Made by a program: the position numbers and the translations under genes. A stretch of DNA of 64,000 nt from Mytilus trossulus (lineage: Eukaryota): positions 17,298,001-17,362,000 of the forward strand of contig NC_086381.1 in the NCBI RefSeq assembly GCF_036588685.1, read 5' to 3'. This document shows positions 1 to 11,850 of the stretch, piece by piece (the first letter of the stretch is position 1; each line of letters opens with the position of its first letter). The notes under the pieces are model-generated. The model was given only the letters and a program-made list of their open reading frames with translations. It had not been told where the DNA came from and did not search any database.

Positions 1-32
1 TTCATGATTTTTTTTTATTGTAAATACATTGT

Positions 33-259
33 GGGTCTCGTTGGGGTCTAAGCGTGACGTGTGATTGCCGACTGTTTTGTAAGCGTGACACGTGAAAGTC
101 AAATTATTGTGCCGAAAAAACGAAGGGGAAAAGTCTAGAGGGACACGGGAAATTACAAAAAAAAAACAGATTTGCTCACGTACATAGTGTAAGCGGGATA
201 CGGGAATCTGACAAAACAGTAAGCGGGATGCGGGATCAGAACCCCCCAATGAGACTCCC
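33..259. mobile_element. MITE-like non-autonomous DNA element
   Basis: Imperfect terminal inverted repeats GGGTCTCGTTGGGG (33-46) / CCCCAATGAGACTC near 244-257; GC-richer body with internal CGGGA/AAGCG repeats; no ORF. Confidence 0.55.
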
Positions 260-334
260 TATGTTATCTACAGTTGTTCATACACAATAGAGAATATATT
301 ATACTAATACAATCAAACATGGCGAACAAAAGAA

Positions 335-540
335 AAAAGTAAAACAATACCGAACTCAACGAAAAACACAAACCTGAAAGTCCCTCATCATATCGCATAA
401 TCAAAGCTCAAACACATCAGACCAATGAAAAATAACTGACAAATTTCTGACTTTGTGCAGGCATTTTAAATGTAAAAAATGATAGATTAAACCTGGTCTT
501 TAAGTAGTTTAACCTCTCACTTGTATTGCAGTCGCATAAA
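335..540 (+). repeat. Dispersed SINE-like repeat family R1 (degenerate copy)
   Basis: Aligns by eye to copies at 51003-51041 plus 52200-52362 and 53073-53235 (shared AAACACATCA, CTGACTT, AAACCTCTCACTTGTAT blocks). Confidence 0.55.
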
Positions 541-2458
541 ATGCCCGTGAGTATAGTACACAAAAAGAAAAAATGTTAAAATAATAATATTTAGCATAAA
601 GCCTCAACGGTTACAATGCTACTTCTAACGTCACAGTAAGCTATGTTTCAACTCCTTGGAAACAGCTCGAACGCAATTTCATCAAACGCGTAATAGTTCT
701 ACAAGACATTAACATTATAAATGTCTGCTCCTTGTTTTTCATCTATCTAATAAATGTTTGGTGTTTTCTCATACCAAAACTCGAAACATGAGGTTAACAA
801 TCTTTTATTATATTACTTTTTATTAGTATGAATTCCTGTTATAATTACTTAAACAATTTATCTGTTTGTACCCACTAATCAAAAACGTGGTTGCATTAAT
901 AAGTATTTACAGCACTAAACATCTTGGGATGGGATACATCGTACACATAAAAGTTAGATATTTAAAAGGTCGATAGTCATCTCATTCCTCTGGAATATTA
1001 CTTATAATCAGAACTGTCATCATATCTATACATTTTTTTTTATTGTAAGCTCTCAAATATATATTCATTTATCAACATTTACATTCTGCTACATTGTTAA
1101 ATTTATCTAATTTTGATTTTTTAGAGTTTGTTGACTTCTACATATATTTCATTAACTGATTTTCCGTTGCGTTTTATTTTGTCTTTATTTCTATACCATT
1201 GCTACTTCCTGGAAGACATTGATATGATTAGGTTTATCCATTTGTTAAAAGTAATGAATAATAGTCGCTTGGTTATTATATATTTACTTTATTTAATATT
1301 TCAAATTCTTGCGATTTCTTACTTTTGGGTATCTGGCCACCATTATGGGCTTTTCTTCTTTTGACAAAATCCGATTCATTGCCATTAAATCCTCTAAAAT
1401 TCTCTGTAGCAATCAAAAGCACCCTATTTATACATAGGATCCAATTGATGTAATAGAAAACAGAAAACATTTTATATATGATCCAGGCCTTTTCTTTATA
1501 AGCCATATTTGTAAATTGCCTGAAAACTTTCGGCATTTTCTAAAATGCCTTCAAGATTTAGTCGTTATACATAATGACTAGTTTTTCTAGGCATTGTACA
1601 AATGCCTGAAAAAACTTGAAAGGTATTTTACAAAATGCCTGAAATTAATTTATAAAATGAATTTGTTAAAAAAAAAAAAATTGAAAGCTTTAAACACCGG
1701 AGCAGTTTTATTTGTGATAATTACTGAATTAAAAAAGGAGAGTAAAAATAATTAAAAACAAATTTTACTGATATTTTCCAAATTTATACAAGCACAGAAC
1801 TCGACAATTATTTATAATTTTTAAAAATGTTTGGATGACAAAACTGATCACTGTATTTGTCCTGATTTTTTGCAAATACATTGATTTACGCAAAAATCTT
1901 TTTAGCACTTCGACCTGGATTATCACTAATTAGGCACTTCCATTACCATTTTAGTATTACTGCTACGCAATATTGGGATTGTTTTTCATAAACTTTTACG
2001 GATATGTTTCAATTGCCGTTACCAAAATCCGTTCTACCTTTTTCTCTAATAAGACTTACCGAATGACAACGAACGTCGGGTTTGTACTTACACGAGCAAC
2101 ACCGGTTCCACATTTTGTGTTGCTCAGTCTTGAGTTTTCTATGTTTTTTTTGTATACTGGTCTTTGTTTGTTTTTTTCCTTTTTCATCTTTTTTGCCAGG
2201 CGTTGTCAGTTAATTTTAGACTTTTTTTTAAAATTGTATATACCTTTAACTTTCGCCTATATTCTACGTAGATTTGAAACGTCAGATCCATTTTAAGAAA
2301 ATCCGTGGTATTATTCAATTTTATTCAACCTTTGCGTAGATAAAATTTGACTCAAATAACTTTCACACAAAACAGGTTCTACGGAATCAATTATCACATT
2401 GCTGTTTAAAATTGTTGTTGAAATAAAATTTAGTTACAGTTTTCCTATCGTTTGAATA

Positions 2459-2705
2459 ATGTATATCCATTTTCATTATCCGGGATATTTCTGGGTTAGT
2501 TTTGCTTTACTATTTCTTGGTATATTATTTAACAGCATTTTTCTATGGATCTCAACCAAAAGTTCAACACGTCGCAAGTTGACTGATTCTACCATCAGTG
2601 TTGCTTGTACAGCAAGTACGCTTAAGGGCTTCAGTCTCATTGTTAACTTTTTAGTTGAACAACATGAAGATACGACAAGCAATAAAGATGTCTTCAACGG
2701 CACGG
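2459..2705 (+). CDS. Divergent 7TM GPCR-like receptor, paralog A, coding exon 1 (TM1-TM2)
   Basis: ATG 2459; hydrophobic FWVSFALLFLGILFNSIFLW; phase-1 donor G|GTAAGC at 2705/2706; clearly homologous to 41886-42126. Confidence 0.8.
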
Positions 2706-2974
2706 GTAAGCATAAATTCATTTTCTTTTTAATCAAAAACTGTTTTGGTACAAACACTAAATTTGAAACAGTTAAAATTAAAAATCAATACTCACATGAT
2801 ATTATTTAAGTTTGTAAATGACTCATTAATAATTATTCAACACATATAAAAGGAGAAGTCTTGTATAGAAATACAATGATAAAACACATATGTATACGGA
2901 ACGAACATAGAGAGGTATCATTCACTTATGATCTTCAAAAAGAAAAATGCTTACATGTTCACTGCGTAATGATT

Positions 2975-3058
2975 TGATTTGGTTTGTTACCCCGATTTTG
3001 TTTTTTGTCCATGGATTTATGAGTTTTGAACAGCGGTATACTACTGTTGCCTTTATTT
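2975..3058 (-). repeat. Dispersed repeat fragment (family R3) in intron of paralog A
   Basis: Reverse complement of AAATAAAGGCAACAGTAGTATACCGCTGTTCAAAACTC seen at 37813; another copy near 53490-53590. Confidence 0.6.
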
Positions 3059-3396
3059 AACATCATCTTTAGAAATAAAAAGTTTGCCAATACAGTAACT
3101 TCTTCTTATTATTATTTTACTATAAGTATTCAAGAAAAAGTAAAAATTATGGATGTTTTTAAGTTCACTTCATATTATTAAACAATGACAACATATCCTA
3201 GTAAGAACTTACGTGTGGATCTTTCAGAACAATTCAAACAAATATGAACAATTTAAATGAAAAAAGATCAATTTAGGCCATGCAATCGCTCTAAATATTT
3301 GATTTGGTAAATCAAGGTAGAACTTTCAGTTTTCTGCTTAGAATTTATATTGTGTATCTATCTTTATAAACTAAAGTATTTATATCATTATTTCAG

Positions 3397-4529
3397 ATAC
3401 AACAAACTTTTTTCTGGATGGCATGTACACCTGGAGTGTGTTGATACTTAACATATTTCGTTACCAACTTCTGGGAAAGTTGAATTCTTCTCAAGATCAA
3501 ACCTGTCAAAAGAAAACCTCTAAAAAGTGCATTATAATCTTAACGTCAGTTTTAAGTCTGGTTTCGGCTGGGTATTGTGTTAATCTACAGTTTAACAAAT
3601 CTATTACTTCTAAAAAGATTATAATTCGGGTGTTAGATGTTTTTGTAAAAGACGCCGCTTTTATGATTTCAACTCTTTTGAACATCATAACAATCGCTGG
3701 TGTTTATAAAGTACGTAGTGGGCGAATCAATTCTATTAGACCTTCTTCTAGACCCTCGGCGTGGCATGATGCCCAAAGAAGTTCTATTTTACTTCGACAA
3801 TTTATGTTAGCATTGATTTTTCAGATTGTTTTTTACGTAATTCCATGCATTTTACTCCACGTATCTGAATTCATTACGCATAAAGAATTGCATTACATTG
3901 GAGAAATGACGCTTGTACTATTAACGCCCTGCGCATTCGGAATACTAGCTGAACCAAGAAGAGGCTTCCTTCTAGAATTTCTTTGTTTGAGAAAATCTTC
4001 AGAACACGATATGTCTAAATTGACTTCCGATAGAAACAATACACAAGGAAGAACAGAATCAACCATTCAGCGCGATAACAGGACGAAACATGTTCCTGAT
4101 TCATCTATTAACTTTACACATTCAAATGAATTGCCAATGAATGTGACCAGCATTGTGGCTGAAACTAAAATACAGGAAAAAGATATTAAAACAGATTTTG
4201 AAAAACATTCTCCAAGTAGGCAGTACTTTACTGATTTAACCATTAAAAATGGTACCCCAAAGACATATTCTATACAACGTTACATCAAACCGAAAAAATC
4301 AACCGAATTGAGCAACATCAGTTGTGAATCCGATACAAGCGTCTTTGGATCGTTTTCAGATATTTGCAGCATACAAAGACCAATTTCAAGACAGGAGAGG
4401 CAAGAATGTTTTATAGAAATTAATCAGCAAAGGGGACGATCCATTTCGACTATTATACAACGCAAAACACCAATTACAACGTTGTTGCAAAGAGATACAT
4501 CAATTTCTGATGTTCTTTCGATAATGTGA
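3397..4529 (+). CDS. Divergent 7TM GPCR-like receptor, paralog A, coding exon 2 (TM3-TM7 plus long C-tail)
   Basis: Acceptor TTTCAG|AT at 3396/3397 joins exon 1 in frame (G+AT=D) into ORF 3423-4529; spliced CDS 1380 nt (459 aa). Motifs NIFRY (DRY-like), FYVIP (TM6 Pro), TPCAF (NPxxY position). Confidence 0.85.
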
Positions 4530-5019
4530 ATGGCTTTAAATGCTTTACTGTTTTTTAAAACAACATATGTTTTGTTTTATATATTTGTGAATGTTATTTA
4601 GCTGAAATAAACTTAGATCTTCAAATTTAATTTGAACAAGGTCATTAGCAGTTTATGCATTGTACAATAAAATAATAAGACATTCATTTATATTAATTTT
4701 AAAAAAAGTAGACTTGAGGCGAAAAAAGAAGGTTACAAAATTACTGAGCTCTGAGAAAGACCAAAAAGGAAAGATTAGTAAAATTTAAAACAAACTACAA
4801 TGTCATGACAAAAAACATAATACGAAAAAAGACAAAAAGACAAAAAGACAAACGATTGTAAAAAAAAATACAACATAGAAAACTTTAGTCTGAACACAAA
4901 AAACAAATCTTTTGACACAATGATAATAAGACAGTTTGAAATATCAAGTTTGAATCATTCAAACATAAAGAATGCACTTTGAGTTTAGCAAAAGTACTGT
5001 CGGTACCAATTTTCCTGTA

Positions 5020-5060
5020 CCAGATGCACATTGCGACAATACATGTCTCTTTAGTGATGC
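5020..5060 (-). ncRNA. Degenerate type I hammerhead ribozyme (second family, probably inactive)
   Basis: Minus strand GCATCA-CTAAAGA-GACA TGTAT TGTC-GCAA-TGTGCA-TC-TGG: hammerhead topology but both core boxes mutated (CUGANGA and GAAA). Confidence 0.5.
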
Positions 5061-8045
5061 TTGAAAATATTTCAAATCCAAAGCTTATATAACAGATGTA
5101 GAGCTATAATCTAAAAGGTCAAAAAAGTATCGCCAAATCCGTGAAAGGAATCAGAGCTTTGCATGAGGGAGATACATTTCTTAATTTATAATAACTAAAA
5201 TTATATCGGTATACTGATTGATACTTATATTGGTCGCTGCTACTAGTCCCATTGTTCTTATGCGTTTCTAAGGTTGACTTATTACAGATATTCACGTAAA
5301 TGTAACATTAAACTGGAATGAGTAAGAATCAGGATGATGTCGATAACCAAAAGTAAAATTCCAAAAATACATACTTACTTGCATATTACTTACTTTTTAC
5401 TTACTAACTTACTTTTACTTTCTTACTTATTTATAGTTTTAGAGCATTTTTTTTTATCTAAGCGTATACTTCCTTTGTGCTCTGGCAAAACATAGTGACG
5501 ACGTACAATGACAGTTCTTACGCTAGATTGTTCTGACATAATTATTTCTATAAAAAAAATCCCAATAACTAACTCCATGAAGAAATGCTTCGTTCTAACC
5601 CTATAGAATGCATGATCAGAGATCTGCTCCTGCTAAATCATATGGTAATCATATTCAAGACGTTTCTAAAAGTAGATGTACCATTTGAAACAACGAAAAA
5701 CAAAAAAAATATTTCATTAAAATTTTTCAAATTTTGATATTTTCCTAAACGGGAAAATGGAAATATTTTTTTTATTTCTTCTGTATGAATACTCGGATAT
5801 TTTTAAGGTTCGTGTGAAACATCCGGATTAGAGGACATTTTACAAATATACTTTTGGTGTTTTTTATTTGTTTTCGAATTTACATCTGCCTTTAGAAATT
5901 ATTTATCAAAACTAACTGCACAACAAACGATTTTAAAATAATTGAAAACGTAAAAACTTGCAACATTATGCAAGGTGGATATATAATGTTTGCATGTGAA
6001 TATGCTTATTTATACAAAATCCGATTCATTTTAAAAAAAACACTGTTCAATATGGAATAAATCGAATTATTAAAAATGACAAAACATTAAGTGTACATAA
6101 AATAAGACTGTAGTGTTTCAGAAACAAAGGTTAACTTTCTGTTGTTTTGTAAGAATAAATCATCACATTTAACACAACTTTATAAAAGAACGTTTTCTGA
6201 TGAACTGATCTAGAAGAACCTTTAAGTTATTACATTATCAATGCAATTTTTTATGTTTTGCTATTAATGATCTATCCTCCAAAAAGAGCCGATACATGCC
6301 ACCCTGTAAACAATACAAAAGTGAGGCGAAATTTATCTTGTTCCTTTGCATGTTTATTCAAGCACTCAAATTTACAAGTAAATTTTAAAAGAGTAAGCAG
6401 AATACTCTTAATTGAATAAATCTTGTTTAAATTTATTTTTATCAAATTACATATAAAATGATCTTAATATTCAACGGCAGTTTATGATTGTTATTCAAAA
6501 TCTAATTGTTTAGTGCACAGAGACTGCCTATCATAAGCAGATCCACTACAAAAGCCCCCTGCATCTTTTTCCAGAATGTACTTATACTATAATTACCTTT
6601 ATCTGATGAATGTGTAGTTTTCCATTATTCTAAGGATCATTATATATTGAAGCAGCACATGCGTTTTGGTTTCTTGTGTATCTTGTGCAGACAGAGTGAG
6701 GTGGGTTGTTTTCAGTTTATGCCAAACATATTTAATGTCTTATGCCATTTTACCTTCGTCGCAATACTAACATTTTTGTGATTCACTTTTCTGTACATAT
6801 TCCTTTATTCTTTATTACATTCAAGGAAAAAACACATATTGAAAGTCAAAATTGCTTGAGTCCTTTCTCTTTCACATCAATATTGATAGCTTTTAACATG
6901 TGAACAATTCAATAATTATGTAAAATGATAGAAAGAAGTAAATGTTTATTTTTTACATTACAAGAAAAATCTTTGGAACGATGAAGTTGGAAACATTTGA
7001 GTTTCTGTTGATGATTACAAAACTACATTGCATTTTAGATTATCAGCAATCAGCATTGGATCTGTCGTTTTATATTGGTGTCTCTGTTCAACATTTCCTT
7101 CACTAGGATCTGATCAACATTTCAAAGCAAGAGAGATTATCCACTGTGTTCTTCATTTTATTGTTTCCAAGTCTTTTACTAATATTATTTTGTAGTTTCT
7201 TCGTAGTTTTTCGGTTTTTTTATGGATTTTTCAGTTCAAACTTCAAGTTTTTAGTTTGAACATTCCTTTAATTATGCCGATGGCAGACCATTTAGACATA
7301 TTACTTCCTTTTTGAATTTGTCGATTATGTGGTATCATTGTTCTCATTGCTAGGATTCCGATTGAGGACTAATTTTAGCCAAGAAGGCGAGCATCATTTC
7401 GTATTCGATTGACGAAGATACGATTTAATATAATGAAGGTTAAGATTCAAAACGAATTATGTTAATGAACAAGATAAAGGATAAATTGATATAGTTTGAC
7501 ATTCGGAAATGTTAAAGGTTCATCCTGTTTTGTATTAAATTTAACCTTCACCGATAAATTATGACCATTAGTCATAATTTTTGTGTTGAAATGGAATATC
7601 ATTGAGATGGTCGTATTATAAACTAACTTTCTACAAAATTTTGAAATTTTGAAATGCTTACGTTTTCCATCCTCAAGAATAGATTATCATATTAGCTGTA
7701 TTGAGCAAAACCTCATTTAGACCTCAATGCTCTTCAACTTACTTTCTATATATTTAATTTCAATCCTGGTACATAAGATGAGAGTACTCACCTGTACGTG
7801 TTCGAGCACCACTCTTAGTATGTGTGGAAACGCCATATTATTAGGTTAAATGCATTCCAGTTTCCTCCATTCTGTCATATATAACTCTTTGTTGTAAATA
7901 ATCTACAGTGGAATTAAAAGGCACTGTAAAGCATTTATAAAATAAACTAACTGTCATATATGTATAGTTAAGATTATAATATTGGTTTATAGTTATTCCA
8001 TTGTTTCTATTTTATTGTTACAATCCATCATGACGATTCATAATT

Positions 8046-8270
8046 TCACCTGGACATGGGTTATACATTTCCCCACGTCTTCGGTATTCAAATAAACTAA
8101 TCAAAGATAACAGGATGCAGCTGCTACTCAGATTTTATAGAACGTCACTAAGTCTGGCCAGAAAATTGTTGAGTCAAGGTTATGTCAAAGAACGTCTCGT
8201 CCTTTTTCTAAAATTATTCATTGAAAGTTACCAATAGTTGATAATTATTCCATATTATTTGACAAATAAT
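8046..8270 (+). pseudogene. Penelope-like element reverse transcriptase C-terminal relic
   Basis: Broken frames read SPGHGLYISPRLRYS / CSCYSDFIERH / LARKLLSQGYVKERLVLFLK, matching the recalled PLE RT thumb pattern (YG.YISQL.RY...F..R...L..KL..QGY); stops and frameshifts present. Confidence 0.6.
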
Positions 8271-9129
8271 ACTAGGTCTTGAAGTATAGATTCTGGGTAT
8301 TGACGTTGTTTTTGTTTCTGAATGACGTTGTTTTTGTTTCTGAATGACGTGTTAAAGATTGATTGGCTTGTCCTTGTATATTTTAACCTTTACTGTCTAG
8401 TACATTTTTGATTATATACAAATGACGGGAATCGGTACTGAAACGACCCGCCATTGTGTTACTGTGGTAACTTTTAATTATTGTCTGTCATTTTTGCTTC
8501 TGTATTTCGTCTTTCAGCCATTTTGTGTTGTTTTTAGTGGAGCAGTTAGGTTTTTCAAAGTGATTCGATTAAGATGATATTACAATGATGATTGCTGTAC
8601 CCTAATTTTTGACGTTTTTCCTATAATGTTTGTTTTTTGTTCACACATTGTCGTTAATATCATTGAAATTAATGCGACTGTCAAACTATGGTTTTAATTT
8701 AGCCGTTTATGAAGAACTTTTCTGTTTAAAATTTCCCTTGAAACTGAATAATTTTGATTTTTCTTGTTTTTTCTATCAAAATGTTAACAAAACATGTTGT
8801 AATGCCTCATTGGTCCTGCTTAAAATAATATTATTTGAATTATTCTGGGTGTATCTTTTTGCATCTTTTTATAATATTCAAGATTTAGCTCATAGCAGAA
8901 GTTCATTGAAATCTTGAACTTTTTTGTTTATGCTGAAAGAAAATGTTGCTTTCCATTTTGTTGGTTGATTAAACGTTTTTATTTATTTGCAAACAAATGC
9001 CATTTTGTTGAATCTTTGGCGTCTCTCCTTTCTCTTATGCCTAACTGGATTATTCGAAACAATTGCAAACTCTTTGGTTTGTGAATAAAGATTTAAAGCT
9101 TGACAAATTACAAAAAGAACATCAAATTT

Positions 9130-9612
9130 ATTGGAATTTTGGATCCTCAATGCTTTTCAACTTTGTACTTGTTTCGCTTTATAAATATTTTGATATGAGC
9201 GTCACTGATGAGTCTTATGTAGACGAAACGCGCGTCTGGCGAACTCAATTATTATCCTGGTACCTTTGATAACTATTTACAACACTGGGTCGATGACACT
9301 GCTGGTGGACGTTTCGTCCCCGAGGGTATCACTAGCTTTGTAGTCAATACTTCGGTGTTGACATGGATATCAATAATGTGGTAATTTTTCATAAATTTCC
9401 TGTTTACAAAATTTGATTTTTTTCGAAAAAACTAAGGAATTTTTTATCCCAGGCATATGTTATCTTAGCCTTATTAGGCACAACTCTTTGAATGTTTTAT
9501 TCTCAATGCTCTTTAACTTTGTACTTGTTTGGCTTTATAAAAAATTTGATATGAGCGTAATGAGTCTTATGTAGACGAAACGCGCGTCAAGTGTCCTAAA
9601 TTATAATCATTA
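9130..9612 (+). mobile_element. Retrozyme-like tandem repeat, about 352-bp monomer bounded by hammerhead motifs
   Basis: Direct repeat CTCAATGCT..AACTTTGTACTTGTTT..GATATGAGCGT..GAGTCTTATGTAGACGAAACGCGCGTC occurs twice; cleavage-site Cs at 9236 and 9588 are 352 nt apart; non-coding. Confidence 0.75.
9200..9241 (+). ncRNA. Type I hammerhead ribozyme (intact core)
   Basis: Stem I CGTCA/TGGCG, core CTGATGA (9205-9211), stem II GTCT-TATGT-AGAC, GAAA (9225-9228), palindromic stem III ACGCGCGT, GTC cleavage triplet ending at 9236. Confidence 0.85.
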
Positions 9613-9894
9613 CAACTTTACTGAGTTGTTTTCCTTTGCAGAAGCCGTTTTAAAGTCTGATTGTATTAATAATCTGCTGTGCTGAATAAAAAATAGAAAA
9701 AAAATTACTCTAATTAAAAAAAAAATGAGATTTGGGATCTGTTCAGATGGGTGGTTTATGTTGAATTCAAGAGTTTTGCTATTATTAATGTTAATGGGTA
9801 AAATATTGTTTCGAAAACAAGGTTCTATAAAGAAATCATAATTTTTGTTTGTAAATCAGTGATGTATGTGGGAAATTTAATTAAGTACTTTTTT

Positions 9895-10143
9895 TGGTCA
9901 CTTTTATAAATTTCCTGTTACAAAACTTTGAATTTTTCGAAAAATTAAGGATTTTTTTATCCCAGGAATATATTACCTTTGGCTTATTTGGCACAACTTT
10001 TGGGAATTTAGGGTCCTCAATGCTCTTTAACTTTGTACTTCTTTGGCTTTATACCTATTTTGTTCTTAGCGTCACTGATGAGTCTTATGTAGAGGAAACG
10101 CGCGTCTGACATATTAAATTATAATCCTGGAACTTTTGATGAA
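9895..10143 (+). mobile_element. Partial third retrozyme-like monomer
   Basis: Aligns to about 9380-9610 (ATAAATTTCCTGT..TTCGAAAAA..ATCCCAGG..CTCAATGCTCTTTAACTTTGTACTT) and ends in a hammerhead plus AAATTATAATCCTGG. Confidence 0.7.
10070..10110 (+). ncRNA. Type I hammerhead ribozyme (stem II closing pair mutated)
   Basis: GTCA-CTGATGA-GTCTTATGTAGAG-GAAA-CGCGCG-TC-TGAC; core intact, G-C pair at the base of stem II changed to G-G. Confidence 0.7.
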
Positions 10144-10209
10144 TATTTGGATGCGGAGGAGTCGTAACAATAAAAAAAATATATATTCTGGCCTTATCCA
10201 TATATATCA

Positions 10210-11850
10210 CATGTTTTAGTACAAAAGCTTCAGCTTTTTTGTGCCTTCGTGGACTTTCGCGAGGCTTTTGATAAACTACACAGAAGAATTTTGATATACA
10301 AACTGCTAAAGAATGGCATTAGTAACAAATTTGTTTCTATTATTAGAACTTTATATTCATCAGTGCGTCTTCGTGTACGATCTGGAGGAGTGCTGTCAGA
10401 TGCATTTGACAATTTTCTTGGTGTAAAACAAGGGGAACCTTTATCGCCTTTGCTGTTTTTGTTTTTTATTAACGACATTATTCAAGATATTTCCGTTGAA
10501 ACAGATAAAGACATCGTGTCTCTAAATGGATTTTTAATATATTTGATCTTATTTGTTGATGATACCGTACTTTTTGGAAAATCAACGAATGTGTTGCAAC
10601 ATTTACTGAATAAATTACTACTATATTGTAATAAATGGAACATAGAAGTAAACACGGAGAAGACAAAAGTTGTTGTTTTCCGAAATGGATGGAGGCCTGT
10701 GGTAAACCGTTTTTATTACAACGACAGAGAATTAGAAATTGTGAACTCCTATGTATACCTCGGTGTATTGCTCCACTATAATGGAACATTTTTACAAACT
10801 CAAAAGCGTTTATCTCAACAAGGATCAAGAGCTTTATCTTCACTAATAAATTCATTGAAACAAATATATGTGACTACTGAACAACAAATTTTCCTATTCG
10901 ATAGTATGGTTGGATCCGTTTTAAGTTATGGGTCTGAAATATGGGGTTTTCATCGTGCTGGTGATATAGAGCTTATATATAATAGATTTTGTAGATTTAT
11001 TTTGAAACTTGGTAAAAAAGTCCCTACAAATTTTTTATATGGTGAACTTGGGCACTTGCCATTGCATATTTTGAGAAAATATAAAATCCTGAAATATTGG
11101 ATTCATATTGTAACTAATAAACCTCATATTGTATATGAAGTTTATAAACTTTTGTACAAAGATGCAAATAATGGTAAAATTAATTGGGCGTCTAACGTAA
11201 AAAAAATGTTATGTAACCTTGGATTTTATGATGTATGGATTTCAAAAGATAGTAGTAAATTATCATTTGATTGTATAAAAACACGTATTAAAGATCAATT
11301 TTTACAAAGCTGGAATACAGCTTTAGAAGAATGTAGTAAACTTTGTATTTATAAACGATATAAACTAGAATTTGGTTTTGAAAAATACTTAGATTTTCAT
11401 TGTAATGTATCTATATTAACAAAACTACGTAGCGGCACACTTAAATTAAATGTTGAAGTTGGTCGTTATAGAAATACTCAAAGAGAAAACAGAATTTGTA
11501 TGTGTTGTAATATGAATGTTTTAGAGGACGAGTATCATTTTGTTTTATCATGTCCAGCGTATAGATCTGTACGTATATAATGTTTACCTTTATTCTACTG
11601 TTCTTGGCCAAATCGGCACAAGTTAGATAATTTATTACAAGCTCATTCTAAATCTCTGACAGTAAAACTATGTAACTATTTAAATGCAGCTTGGAAAATT
11701 AGATCGCATATATTGTCATAATATTATTGTATACTCTGTAACTACTGTTCTCTGCTGTCTTTTGTTTGTCATATATTGTATATATTCTCGTTTGCCATAG
11801 CATGTATATGCTTCTTGCAAATAAAGTATTCATTCATTCATTCATTCATT
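10210..11850 (+). mobile_element. 5'-truncated non-LTR retrotransposon (LINE; CR1/L2/RTE-X-like)
   Basis: RT ORF, AATAAA near 11819, (CATT)n tail to 11850, 11-bp target-site duplication CATATATATCA at 10199-10209 and 11851-11861. Confidence 0.9.
10249..11580 (+). pseudogene. LINE ORF2 fragment: reverse transcriptase plus C-terminal Cys/His motif
   Basis: DFREAFD, GVKQGEPLSPLLF, LFVDD (YADD position), YLG, RICMCC..EDEYHFVLSC; N-terminus missing; premature TAA at 11578-11580. Confidence 0.9.

Noticed and set aside
8301-8350. 22-bp direct tandem duplication
   Set aside because: Ordinary slippage duplication within decayed repeat DNA.
9063-9269. Similar short ORFs ending SVTDESYVDETRV (also 9894-10109)
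   Set aside because: The shared peptide is the translated hammerhead ribozyme sequence, not a protein family.
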